DNA of 64,000 nucleotides from Octopus vulgaris. Taxonomy: Eukaryota. Position numbers and translations under genes: made by a program. The stretch is taken from the NCBI GenBank assembly GCA_951406725.2, contig OX597820.1, forward strand, positions 88,350,001 through 88,414,000. The letters run 5' to 3'. The notes beneath the pieces were generated by a model that searched no databases, was not told where the DNA came from, and saw nothing but the letters and a program-made list of their open reading frames with translations. Of the stretch, positions 39,400 through 52,561 are shown piece by piece. Position 1 is the stretch's first letter; each line of letters starts with the position of its first letter.

Positions 39400-39715
39400 A
39401 AAAACCCTCTTCAGGCATGAAGGGCCATGGGATTGCACCTAGAAAGTTAACCCCGAGCACGAGGCCGAGCAAGGTTGTTTACAGAAGACCAGTAGTTGCC
39501 CATGCATACCAGTCCCGCCTCTCCAAGAGATAGGTAAAGTTTGATACAGCTTGGTGCCAGTGATGTCGCAACTCATTTCTACAGCTGAGTGAACAGGACC
39601 AACGTGAAATAAAGTGTCTTGCTCAAGAACGCAACGCACAACCCGGTCCAAGAATCGAACTCACTACCTCATAATTGTGAGCCCGACGCTCTAACCACTG
39701 AGCCATGCGCTTTCA
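39400..39715 (-). mobile_element. CORE-type SINE (head B) with tail 3
   Basis: Reverse complement of the 16889/22635 family. Confidence 0.88.
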
Positions 39716-39899
39716 TGTTACTTGTAAATAATATATTATTTAAGATTTCTTTTCTTTATCAGTCGTAACCGAGCTGTCAGCAAAATTCAGGTGAGCCAAT
39801 AAACAGGAAGACGTAAACAGAACTGTCATGCTCTAACTTTAAGTGATTGAAGACTTTGATTTCGTTTAAGATAAAACAATAAATCATACATTAAAATAT

Positions 39900-40114
39900 C
39901 TTTCATCTTTTACTTGTTTCACTCATTAGACTGTGGCCATGCTACGGGCACCGCTTTGAATTTTTAGCCGAATGAATCGACCCAAGTACATTTTTTTTTT
40001 ATAAAGCGTTGAACTTACTCTATCGAACTCTTATGCCGAACCGCTATGTTACAGTGATGTAAACACACCAACACTGGTTGTCAAGCGGTACCGAGGAACA
40101 ACACAGATGCAAAG

Positions 40115-40120
<6 letters not shown>
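39900..40120 (-). mobile_element. SINE family C 3' half followed by (CA)n
   Basis: cttttacttgtttcactcattag..gccgaaccgct..ggttgtcaagcgg. Confidence 0.8.
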
Positions 40121-40173
<53 letters not shown>

Positions 40174-40289
40174 TATAGGAGGAGGTGCTGAAAAGTTCCT
40201 GGCTTTGGGTAAAATAAAATACAGGAGGATCAATTAATTACGATTTTATTTAACATAATCCCCTCTCAGATTCACATGCTTATTGCACA

Positions 40290-40480
40290 TGCTTATTTAT
40301 TCACATTGTTCTGAATTAATCCGGCATTATCTCACAGATTCAAGATTTCTATGATGTGATTCTTTATTTCTTAGAATGACATTGTAGGGTAGGTGTGAGA
40401 CACCGGATCTGGCTGGCTTGAACTTAAAGCGGGCAGAATATTTTCGCCGGATATTGCCAATTTAAATGCTAAAGGGTTAA
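40290..40480 (-). mobile_element. piggyBac-type (TTAA) MITE, partial
   Basis: Ends aatgctaaagggTTAA; homologous to 53711-53935. Confidence 0.7.
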
Positions 40481-42429
40481 ACAACGCGTCCTTCTTGCTT
40501 TAAAAGCATTCAAGTGTGATTTGCGGGAAATTCAGCTATTACTTCTAGCAACTTGTAAAGGTGCTCTCGAGACCAAGGGAGGGAACTCAGAACTATATGT
40601 TGTTTAATAATTTCAATGCAGTGTTCTACAGCTTCCGCCAAAATATTGGTGAAGCTTTTCTTTCAACTTGCCTTTTTCTATTTTGTTGTGTTTTTTCAGA
40701 AGTGTTTTCTAGTGATGCTATGTTCAGTATGTGTCTGCAAGGTTGTGGATGATAATGTCATGACCTCTTCACATGTCGGCTAGTTTGCTTAGGATTAGGA
40801 TGTGTGCGCAGTGCAATCCTCTTGGCGCCAAATAGGGTCTCGGTAGACAACATAATTGGGAAATAATGTATAACTATTGGACGGAAGGGTGGGAACAACT
40901 GAGAAAGAGAGAGTGGGGATGGAGAGAGGGATAGAGAGACTGACAGACAGACAAAGGGAGAGAGAGAAAAAAGAGACAGACGAATAAATAAAGAGAGAGA
41001 GAGAGAGACTGACAGACGGATAGAGAAAGGGACAGGATGGGAGGGAGAGAGAAAGAGAGACGGACAAATAGAAAAAGAGAGAAAGAGGTGACAGATAAAC
41101 AGAGACAGAGAGAGAGAGAGAGAGAGAGAAAGTGAGAGAAAGAAAGTGAGGAAGAGAGAGAGAGAAAGAGAAAGAAATGGGGTTGCAATGTGCATAGGCG
41201 AATAAATATAATGAAAAGACAAAAGTGTGGTGCTAAGACAGGAAGACTAATGTATACACAGTGATAAGTAGACAGAAAGAGGAATGATAAATGATTGTGT
41301 GAAAAGTTAGGGAGAGGAAGGAGAGAGGAGAGACGTGATGTATATAAAGGTTATAGTAGAGTAGAATGCCCGAGAGAGAGGAAGAGCAAGAGAGAGAGAG
41401 GAAGAGCAAGAGAGAGAGAGGTACAAATGTTGGGGCGGGATTAACTGAAAGAAAGAGAAACACATTATAAAAGTGAATGAAACAGAAATTGTCATATTAC
41501 CGGAGACTGTGCTTTGGGATTCGTTTGTGCCATATTTCTTGCGAATAATAATGACTGTTGAATCCACATGGATCATTTACATTTTGAAATGAGATTTTGG
41601 AGTATAAAATTAGTGTGATTATTTATTTATTTTGTTTTATTTTATTTAAACGTCCGTTTAAAACCGGTAAATCACAACAGACTGAGTAAGGTGCGCGTGC
41701 GCAGTGTGTGTGCGTGTGTGTGTGCGTGCGTGTGTGTGCGCGTGCGTGTGTGTGTATGAAACATAAAATAAGGATAAAGACATACGGACAGCACTGCAAC
41801 AAAATTCGTATTTTCTTTTATTGTTAGCCAGTAAGTGTTAATTCCTATTTGCTTCTGTCTAGAAATCAAAGGAAATGACAACTGTTCCCTTCAAACTATT
41901 CTTCTGTGACCTGGACAGTAATGCTCTGAAACTGACCTGTTGTCCATTACATTTCACACAGATTCGGCGCTGTGTTGCTGAAGCAGAAATATCGTTATAG
42001 CAAAAATTCTGCTCAATACCACAGATTTGCTTGTCAGTTGCTTGATCATAACTAGTTGAGCATGTCCTTTAGTGGCTGACAATATGTGCATCTATGATTA
42101 TGAGCAAGAGTAGTGGGGGGGGGTGCATTATCGCCATGTGTTGAGGAGGATTCTTTGGGGTTTGAATAAATGTAACAAAAGCAAAGTTTGAAGGAAATAT
42201 TAGTTATTTTCCATACTTTCTATGGGTAAGCAAATAGGAAATAACAGTCGCTAGCCAAGGACAAGTATCGTGTTACACAGTGTAATTAAACGTTTCTGTT
42301 AATTATTTTTGTAGCCTTCATGTTCCTCCACTACTTCTGCTCATTTCAGGAGGATCTTAGTCATGGTAGGTGCATCTCTGAAAATGAATGTACGTCAGCC
42401 GTGGTAGCTTTTTAAAGACCATTTAAAGG

Positions 42430-43010
42430 TTTTTAATATGCTGTCTGTGAAATGATACTGGCCACATTTAGCGGAAGTCATTCATATTCACTGAACTTTG
42501 AGTTGTTTACTCATTGTCTCACAAGGTGATGTTCGAGACAGCAAGGGCGACAAGCAAATGATTAGTGACAGAGAAGAGCAATGGACAAAATTTGCATCGT
42601 GGTGTTATCGAGTACTAGGAGGTTAAGGGTTTAGCACCCAAGAACATTCGTGCTGACATGTTTCCTACATTAGAGGATGACACTCCAGACTCGTCAATTG
42701 TTCAAAAGTGGGCGGCTGAATTTTGGAGGTAAAAGGAGAATCTTCAGGCTGACCAAAGGCTGGAAGTCCTGCAACTGCCGCCACCGAAGGAAACATTGAT
42801 CATGTTCACCACATGGTGATGGATGACAGAAGATTGAGGAGTCGCTACAAGTTACTTTTGAAATCTTCTCTAAACAATCAGATGTCAGTTTACCTGGAAA
42901 GAAACAACGCAGTTATTAATAAGAACGGTTGAATGTAATGCATGCAAGATTACATAGCTCTAGCGTCATTCTTTCATAGTCACCCTAAGAACTTTTCAGT
43001 CGACCTTCGA
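42430..43010 (+). pseudogene. Internally deleted mariner element (irritans-like N-terminus and right TIR)
   Basis: HRGVIEY..GLAPKNIRADM..VQKWAAEF..PATAATEGNIDHVHHMVMDDRRL; right end aagaacttttcagtcgaccttcg. Confidence 0.8.
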
Positions 43011-43638
43011 TTCCTGACTTTAAATCTCATGTAATATCTTGGAAGTATGGTACGTTAGATTAGACGTAATCGTTACTCTTAAAGCAAACTCCTTAAAATG
43101 CCTATGAAATCGTTTCTAAATCTGTTTCTGGTGTAGTCATGCAAATTGTGAAAGATTACCAAGCCGTCATCTCTGTACGGTTTGGAGCTATAGGATGATT
43201 CGCTGTCAAAGAGAGGAAAAGATAAGCACTCTCACACGATCGATTTCCTCACCTCCCCCATGGAGATGTCGAACAAAAGCCAGTATTTACGTTGCAAATC
43301 GCATATCTTAGCACTGCTCTGTGTGTATGTTGTATGTGACTTGTGTGCGTGTATATGTATGTGTTCATATATACAAACCTATATCTACATGTATACATAT
43401 CTTCATACATAGATATACGTGTATATGTTTTTAAACGTATTTGAAATACAGTCAATCATCATGCAACATTTCTATTTTCTTTATCGCTTATTACAGAGAT
43501 GACAAGAAACCTAATTGCGTTTGTCTGAATCTTTTTTTTTTTCAAAGGACCTGCAGAAAACTACACAGGAAATTCAATAAATCAATGTTGCGACGGTTGC
43601 TGATATAGAAAAAAAGGGGTTTTAAATAGATAAATAAC

Positions 43639-43708
<70 letters not shown>

Positions 43709-44156
43709 GTCAACGATTTATCTGGTGGCTATTTGTTAGATATTATTTTATATCCCAGTCCATACAGAGCCCACATCCTGCCAAGGTCGAATTTGACTTT
43801 CATCCCTCTAAGATCAATAAATAGATATCACGCATTGTGGGTTTATGCAAATGTAAGAAGTGTATGCTTCTTCTGTTTTTTTTTGTGTGTTTTTATCACT
43901 TCATTATTATATGTAAACCCCCTCAAAATTATCTTAAGCATTGAATAGAAATTATTATTGCCTTCAAGTTTTTTACACAATACCAGTCGACCTCAGAGCG
44001 TCAAGACGGACGAAAGGCTACTAATAATTTTGCTCAACATGCTAACGGTTTTGCAAGCTGGCCGCCTTAATCATTTTTACCACTTCTAGTAGTAGTAGTA
44101 GTCGTAGTAGTCGTAGTAGTAGCAGTAGTATTAGTAGTAGTAGCAGAAGCAGCAGC

Positions 44157-44188
<32 letters not shown>

Positions 44189-44201
44189 CAGAAGCAGCAG
44201 C

Positions 44202-44240
<39 letters not shown>

Positions 44241-45539
44241 TTCTGCTGTTGTTAGCTACTGATTATCTGTAATTGAACAAAATTACGATGCAAGATATTC
44301 CAGCCGTGCCAGTCCACTCTTATTCAGGCATATTGTTTTTTTTACGCACGTTAAGGAAAATTTACATATATCTGCAAAAGTGTGAAGATATAGAGTGCCC
44401 TGACTGTCGTGAGGGAGGCGTTATGCTCTCTTGACTGAGGGGCAAAGTTTATAAGAAACGTATACGTGAGGTTTATGACTGACGGTGAGGAGAGGGAGGC
44501 GGGCAGGACTCGTGTGCTACATGGCTGACTACAGAGAGATATTCATCATAACGTGGACCTTTGGCTTACTAGTCACCTTTGAGACATGGTACAAACTGAC
44601 AAGCTGGTCCGTTGGTTGAATGAATGAAAGGTTGCCTGGAGTGAATGGATGGATGAGTGATGGGAAGGCTGGTTTGTTGGCTGCTTAGTCGGTTGGTTGG
44701 TTAGATGATTGGTTTCCTGGTTGGTTGGTTGCACAACTGGCTACTCGTAGTGATAATTGTAACAGTGTTGTTGCTGTTGTTGTTGTTGCTGTTGGTAGTG
44801 GTGGTGGTGGTGGTGGTGGTGGTGAAGGTCGGGTTTTGGTTGGTTGGTGTTTATGAGTGTATTTGTTGTTATGGTGGTGATAGTAATTGTTGTAGTGGTG
44901 ATGGTAGTGATGAGTATGGCGGTGGTGGGATGGGGGCGGCGGTTTACTTTGAGTGTTGTTGGTAGAGATGGTGTTAGTGGCGTTGATAGTGGTGGTGTTG
45001 GTGGTGATGGTGTTGGTGTTGGTGGTGATGGTGTTGGATGGTGGTGGTGTTGGTTGTGGTTGCAGCCTTGATGATGTTGATATTGGTATTTGTGATTGTA
45101 GTTGTTGCCGTTGTTGTCGTGGTGGTGATAATAGCAGCGAACAGAGAAGAAAATTACAGAAAAAGCAAATAAAGTTGTAGTAGCAGAACATTTTTTTTTT
45201 AAAATCTTTTTTTCTTTCATAAAACCGTGACGAAATAAATACAAGAGAAACATAAGAAGGAAAACATACAACTTATTGGCAATAAATATAACAAACAACA
45301 CCAAAAAATTGGAAAAACAGATTTGAAAATAAGGAAAACATTTCTAAATTAAATAATAAAAACAGTTGTGAAGACAGCAGACTTCTCGGAGCCAGCAAAA
45401 TCTGATTTTTATGAAATCCATTTACAATTTTATTCTTTGGCTTAAAATTACTTGACAATAAGTATAATAATGATGGAAGCAGAATCGATAATATGGCGGC
45501 TTTCCAAAACAAATCATTGCACTACTTTGCCAAGGTTAA

Positions 45540-45601
45540 ACATTAACTGCTGGTGTATAAAAGAAACTTGTGTATAGTGTAGAAGGATAAACATACATTA
45601 C
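45540..45601. repeat. 62-bp unique segment copied in inverted orientation at 47274-47335
   Basis: acattaactgctggtgtataaaagaaacttgtgtatagtgtagaaggataaacatacattac is an exact reverse complement of the second site. Confidence 0.95.
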
Positions 45602-45898
45602 TTCGAATTTGATTTGGTATAGTGAAATCTACTGTGTAACGTAATATAATGTAGTAATAATATACAATTGGTTTATGAACCAGTGTATCAGTTTTTTTTT
45701 CTTTATTACATATGTCATGTCATTAAACAAGAAAATTCGTATAATGGCAGACGACATTAACACAGAGAAAAATTATAGATATAGATTAGCTGCTTTTCGG
45801 GGTGTTGATTTACCTTCTCTAATTTTGTTGTGAATTTTCACATTACAATAAGAACTGCGATATCAATCGACACCCAACTGCTTTTGCTTTGGTGATTA

Positions 45899-45945
<47 letters not shown>

Positions 45946-46021
45946 GTGTGTATGTGTGAGTGTGTGTGCATGCGTGTGTGAGTGTGTATTTCCTTATATG
46001 TGCATATGTATATATATATGC

Positions 46022-46085
<64 letters not shown>

Positions 46086-46148
46086 GCACATATATATACA
46101 TATGCACATATATATATATATGCATATATATGCATATGCATATATATA

Positions 46149-46191
<43 letters not shown>

Positions 46192-46934
46192 TTATATATA
46201 TATATATAAATGGAGTTAAACGCGGGTGTTATTCAAATTCTTTTACTTTCGACACATGATTCGAAGATATCACTGGTATTATTCCAAAGGAATAAAATGG
46301 TGTAAAACAATGTAATCTTCTCTTCGGGAAAATGAAGAAATGAAACTCGTCAATAAGACATTTTAACAGAAAATGATTGATAAGTATAGTGATTAACTGA
46401 ACGCTATTAAGTTTGTTTTAAAAAAAAAAAACGTTATAGGATATAACGTCTAAGGTAGCCTTTAGAAAAAGGAGGGATAAAGGAAAGAAAAACTAGATAA
46501 ATGAGAAGTATATAACTATATGTATATTAAATAAAACCATATAGACTTGGAAAAAGAATCTAGTGAATGGAAACGTAAGAAGAAAATTAATGTTTAAATT
46601 ATATATAATGATAGATATCACTTATATGAACTACAGGTGTGTTTCTGCCAATGTTTACATCGGTATGCATGTTCTATAACCGTGTTTACAAGGGGATTTT
46701 TAGAAAAAAAGAATAAAAAATATTTCAGAATTACAGAGAAGACAGAATTCCTTGCCTTTATCATTCAGTCAAATAAAATATAAATTTTATATATATATAT
46801 ATGCATACACACACACATATATGCATATATGGATACAGGACGTCAGCAACAGTAAACAACATGAAATACGAAAACAAATGAGTTCAATACACAACGAGAA
46901 ACATACACACACACACACACGCGCATAAATCTGC

Positions 46935-46965
<31 letters not shown>

Positions 46966-46984
46966 CATGTATGTATATGTATAT

Positions 46985-47015
<31 letters not shown>

Positions 47016-47127
47016 CACATGTATGTATATGTATATATATACATGTATATATACATATATATATGTATATATACGTGTATGTATATGTATATATACATGT
47101 ATATATGCATATATGTATGTATGTATG

Positions 47128-47162
<35 letters not shown>

Positions 47163-47531
47163 TTATATGTATATATCGATTGATAGATATATACATACAG
47201 AAATCGACATAGTTATGTATGTATGCAATTCACCACGTCATTTGTAATGAGTGTTCCTGCTCCTATTATGAGTGTAATGTATGTTTATCCTTCTACACTA
47301 TACACAAGTTTCTTTTATACACCAGCAGTTAATGTAATGAGTGTTCCTGCTCCTATTATGTGCCGACAGTAGGACTTTATGGATGAACCAAAACAAATTA
47401 GTTATATCAACTTTACAAACACCGTAAGTTGAGTCTTTGATGCATTAATTAACATAAATTAAAATCAATTTGTATTAAATGTTTTATTTTCTAATATTAG
47501 CACACGGTTCCATTTTTATTTATTTTACTAG

Positions 47532-47950
47532 TAGGCACAGGAGTGTCTGTGTGGTAAGGAGTTCGCTTCCCAGTCATATGGTTCCGGTTTCAGTCCCACT
47601 GCGTTGCACCTTGGGCAAGTGTCTTCTACTATAACCTCGGGCCGACCAAAATATTGTGAGTGGATTTAGTAGACGGAAACTGAAAGAAGATCGTCATATA
47701 TATGTATATATATATATACATCTATATGTGCGTGCGCGTGTGAAACCGTGTTTGTTCCAACACCACCGCTTGACAACCGGTGTTGGCGTGTTTACGTCCC
47801 CGTAATTTAGTGTTCTTCAAATGAAACTGATTGAATAAGTTCCAGGCTTAATAGAAAAAATTGAACTGGGGTCGATTCGTTCCACTAAAATTCTTCGAGG
47901 CGGTGCCCCAGCATGGCCGTAGTCTAATGACTGAAACAAGAAAAAGATTA
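47532..47950 (+). mobile_element. SINE family C full copy
   Basis: Head, internal (TA)/(TG) tract and tail as at 12524. Confidence 0.88.
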
Positions 47951-48297
47951 CCAATGGAATTTGAACGCAGATCGCAGAACGTTTAACCGATTATTTACCA
48001 CTTCGGGCAGTCTACTTTGGAACCGCTCCAAGATACAAAGTACATTTCACTTCAGTACATTTCGATCGATTTAAACAATGTCTTGTGAGGGAAATAGGGA
48101 GTGTGTGTGTGTATGAGAGAGAGAGAGAGAGAGGGAGTGATAGAGGTGAGAGAAAGGTGGAGAATTGGCAGGTTCCTTAGAGCATTGTATAGATTTGTGG
48201 TAGCTGTTCTGCCGCTCTATGACCCTTTGCTCGTAGCTCAAATATCGCGAAGGACAATATTACCTTTCGTTCTTCAGGAATCAATAAATGAAGTGCC

Positions 48298-48972
48298 GTG
48301 GAGGCACATGGCCTAGTGGTTAGAGCAGCGGACTCGCGGTCCTGGAGGGATCGTGGGTTTGAATCTCAGACCGGGTGATGTGTGTGTTTATGAGCGAAAC
48401 ACCTAAGCTACACGCGGCTCCGACAGAAGGTAATGGCGAACTTCTGCTGACTCTTTTGCCGCAACTTTCTCTCACTCTTTCCTCCTGTATCTTGCAGCTC
48501 ACCTGCGACGGACCGGCGTCCCGTCCATGTGGACTTTAATTCGTTCTATGAAAAATATAGAAACTAGAAAAATAGGGAGAAACAATGAAGAAAAAAACAA
48601 AAAAAAACAAAACATTAAGATAATTTTTCATCTACACCATCTCCGTGAATGGTTCATGTTTGGTACCTCTTTTAGAGAGATTGTGGATATGGCTGCAGTC
48701 ACTTTGTGTGTCAGAAATTTCACTCAAAGAGATACAGAAACAGAAAGATAGACAGAGAGGTGGTCAGTCAGAGGGAGGGGGGACGGAGAGTCGACAACAG
48801 CACAAGACTGGTACTTCATTTGTGGTTTGTTGTTTGTTCCTTCTCGAGCCACGCCTGGCTCATTAGGGCCGGTTTCCCGGTTTCCTTGGCGTAATGTTTT
48901 TTTTTGTTTTTTTCTTTATTGTTTCTCCCTATTTTTCTAGTTTCTAAATTTTTCATAGAACGAATTAAAGTC
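48298..48972. mobile_element. SINE head D copy broken by an inversion flanked by about 80-bp inverted repeats
   Basis: SINE 5' part 48298-48531 (+); its tail inverted at about 48826-48893; IR arms 48532-48617 and 48892-48972. Confidence 0.85.
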
Positions 48973-49071
48973 GTGCTGCGAGGTATCATTGTGTGATACA
49001 TACATACATACATACATACATACATACATACATACATACATACATACATGTATGTATGTATGTATGTATGA

Positions 49072-49320
49072 GTGGAGGCGCGTGGGTTAGTGGTTAGCAT
49101 GTCAGCATTATGATCGTATGATCGTGGTTTCGATTCCTGGACCGGGCGACGCGTTGTGTTCTTGAGCAAAACACATCATTTCACGTTGCTCCAGTCCACT
49201 CAGCTGGCAAAAAAGAGTAACGCTGCGATGGACTGGCGTCCCGTCCAGCTGGGGAACATATACGGCATTGAAACCGGGAAACCGGGCCCATGAGCCTGGC
49301 AAGGCTTTAAAAGGGCACAA
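49072..49320 (+). mobile_element. CORE-type SINE (head B) with tail 2
   Basis: tgtgttcttgagcaaaacac..ctcagctggcaaaaaagagtaacgctgcgatggactggcgtcccgtccag. Confidence 0.88.
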
Positions 49321-50159
49321 AAAATGTATGTATGTATGTGTATACACGCACACACACATATTGGCTTACACTGCGCTACAACACCATTACAAAACACGAT
49401 GCCATATATCTGCATCGCTGCACCACACAACATTCCTCCATTACTTTACTACATTCCGGCAGAACAGTACTACATCACAAACATGCACTACAACACAACA
49501 CTGCCCTGCCGCACCACATAATCCTACCATCATTTTACTACTTCACACGTCTATACCAACACACATCACGATAATATCACTATACCTCCGCACCAACCAC
49601 TTATTACTATCATGATATAAAACTGCTGTTAATTAAAAACTTTACAGTCGTTATAAGTTAACTTACTGTCTTTATATTTCTGAAAACTGTTTACATCAGC
49701 AACAATGAAAGGAATGTGTTACCTGAAACCTTGATATTAGAAAAATAAAATTAGATATAGAAAACAAGCAACAATTTTTTGAATTCTTTCCTTAAAACTC
49801 AAAGATAAATTACGAAAGATAATGTTCGTAGATGAATTTCTTCACGTCATAGTACAATTGCACCTACTTTTTTTTTGTGTATAAAATTAAGTTACATTAT
49901 ATAAGATTATTTAATCTTAGATATCAACATATCCCAAGTACATTCTTTAATTCTTCTTTTACTGAATTGAGGGACAGACAATGCGTTGTGTACATGAGCA
50001 AAGCACTTCATTTCACGTTGCTCTCGTCACACAACTGGCAAAAATGAGTAATCTTTCGATTGGTCGACATCCCGTTCAAGCTGGGAGAAAATGCGCCACA
50101 GAATCCAGGAAACTGGCTTTTCGAGCCTATGGCTTTGGAAAGTCTCCACTTCTTGGCTG

Positions 50160-50915
50160 CTATCTTATTATATCGGCCCCGAAGGGATGAAAAACAAAAT
50201 TAGCCTGGCAGGAATTGAACTCACAATGGAAAAGGCCTTAAGAACATTAAGAACATTAACGAAGCATTTGTCCGACGCTCTAACCATTTACTAAGTCATC
50301 ACCATCAAAATAATAATAATAAGCCTTTCTACTAAAGGCACGAGGCTTGAAATTTAGGGGAGGGGACTAGTTGATTACATCGACCCTGGTGTTTCACTAT
50401 TACTTAATTTATCGACCCTGAAAGGATGAAAGGCAAAGTCGACCTCGGTAGAATTTGAACTCAGAAAGTAATGGCAGACGAAATACCTATTTCTTTACTA
50501 CCCCCAAGGGGCTAAACACAGAGAGGACAAACAAGGACAGACAAACGGATTAAGTCGATTACATCGACCCCAGTGCCTAACTGGTACTTAATTTATCTAC
50601 CCAGAAAGGATGAAAGGCAAAGTCGACCTCGGCGGAATTTGAACTCAGAACTTAGCGGCAGACGAAATACGGCTACGCATTTCGCCCGGCGTGCTAACGT
50701 TTTTGCCAGCTCGCCGCCTTCAATCATAATTATTATAATGGGGAAGCGGTAAGCCGATTATATCGACCCTCGTGTTCAACTGGTACTTATTTTATCGATT
50801 CCGAAACGATGAAAGGCAAAGTTGACCTCGGCGGAATTCGAACTCAGAACGTAGCAACGGGTGAAAAATACCACTAAGCATTTTTCCCGGCGCGCTAACG
50901 ATTCTACCAGCTTGG
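50160..50915 (-). mobile_element. Cluster of family A SINEs including a head-to-tail dimer (50320-50720)
   Basis: Repeated gaaaggatgaaaggcaaagtcgacctcgg; junction cagacgaaatacctatttc. Confidence 0.88.
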
Positions 50916-50919
50916 TGTA

Positions 50920-50983
<64 letters not shown>

Positions 50984-51958
50984 ATTATGATGATTATGAT
51001 GACGACGACGACGACGACGATGATGATGCTGGTGACGACGATGTTAATGATGATAATGATGATTCCTAACAAAGGAACATGCTTCAAATTTCGGGGAAGG
51101 GGCATACCCGATTAATAATTCTTTTCTTTACTAGTATTTTGCTGTATCCGAGATAGACACAACAATAGGGCAAGAGGCAAGCGAGAAATAGCGGATACAT
51201 TAAACCAAGACAAAAAAAAAAAAAAAAAAAAGAAGGTAAACCGAAAATAGCCAACAACAGCAGGATTGAAATGTAAATATGATAGGTAAACAGGTTCCTA
51301 ATGTTTTTTTACAAAACTATATCGCCTATGAAAATATATTCCAGAAGTTATATTTTGGAATCTTGTTACTGGAGACGCCAACACTCGGCATAAATCTACG
51401 TAACACTTGTTTTGTTTGTACGCTTTCATTTCTGAAATTTGTTTTTAATATTTTTTTAAAGACTGTTGTGTATCTTGCTTCCTTGATTTCTGATAGTGCT
51501 AGTCATTGTCTGTCGCACCATTATGAATTCCAGCTGTCTAATTCTCTCACTTTGCTTAGTGTTCACAGATGTTAACATTGCTTTGTACGTTAGAATTTCA
51601 AAAACTTGCGATAACATTCTATATTAATAAAATCTCTAAGGGGGTAGTAGCTTACATGTTACATACAACTTTTACCAATGTTCCTGTTTACTTGACCTAC
51701 ATCATTCGCTTTAGAAAATTTTGTTGTCATTGTTACCGTTGTTGTTGCTGCTGTTGTTGTTATAATGTTATAATAGATTGGTGAATTGTTAGAGGTTTAG
51801 CCAAAATGAGTTGTGATATTTAGTTACGGCTCTTTAAATCCTAGGTTCAAACCTTATTAAGATCAACTTTTCCTTTCATTTTTCCGGGTACTGAAATAGA
51901 TGGTATCAACTCACGCTCTCCCAAAATTGTTCACCCTCTTGTTAGAAATCATGCTACT

Positions 51959-52561
51959 AAGGCGGCGAGCTGGCAGAATCGTTAGCACGCCGGACGAAAT
52001 TCGTAGCCGTATTTCGTCTGCCGTTACGTTCTGAGTTCAAATTCCGCCGAGGTTGACTTTGCCTTTCATCCTTTCGGGGTCGATTAAATAAGTACCAGTT
52101 ACGCACTGGGGTCGATATAATCGACTTGATCCGTTCGTCTGTCCTTGTTTGTCCCCTCTATGTGTAGCTCGTTGTGGTTAATAAAGAAATAGGTATTTCG
52201 TCTGCCGCTACGTTCTGAGTTCAAATTCCGCCGAGGTCGACTTTGCCTTTCATCCTTTCGGGGTCGATTAAATAAGTACCAGTTACGCACTGGGGTCGAT
52301 ATAATCGACTTAATCCGTTTATCTGTCCTTGTTTGTCCCCTCTATGTTTAGCCCCTTATGGGTAATAAAAAAATATGTATTTCGTCTGCCGCTACGTTCT
52401 GAGTTCAAATTCCACCGAGGTCGATTTTGCCTTTCATCCTTTCGGGGTCGATTAAATAAGTACCAGTTACGCACTGGGGTCGATGTAATTGACTTAATCC
52501 GTTTGTCTGTCCTTGTTTGTTCCCTCTGTGTTTAGCCCCTTGTGGGCAATAAAGAAATAAG
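51959..52561 (+). mobile_element. Family A SINE head-to-tail trimer (one A-box head plus 3 x 184-bp units)
   Basis: gtatttcgtctgccg occurs at 52009, 52193 and 52377. Confidence 0.95.

Noticed and set aside
52030-52130. Ribozyme within the family A SINE monomer that would explain the multimers
   Set aside because: No CTGANGA/GAAA core or clear HDV-type fold is visible on either strand.
51959-52561. Possible CRISPR-like or satellite array
   Set aside because: The whole unit is repeated with no unique spacers, and the units are SINE bodies.
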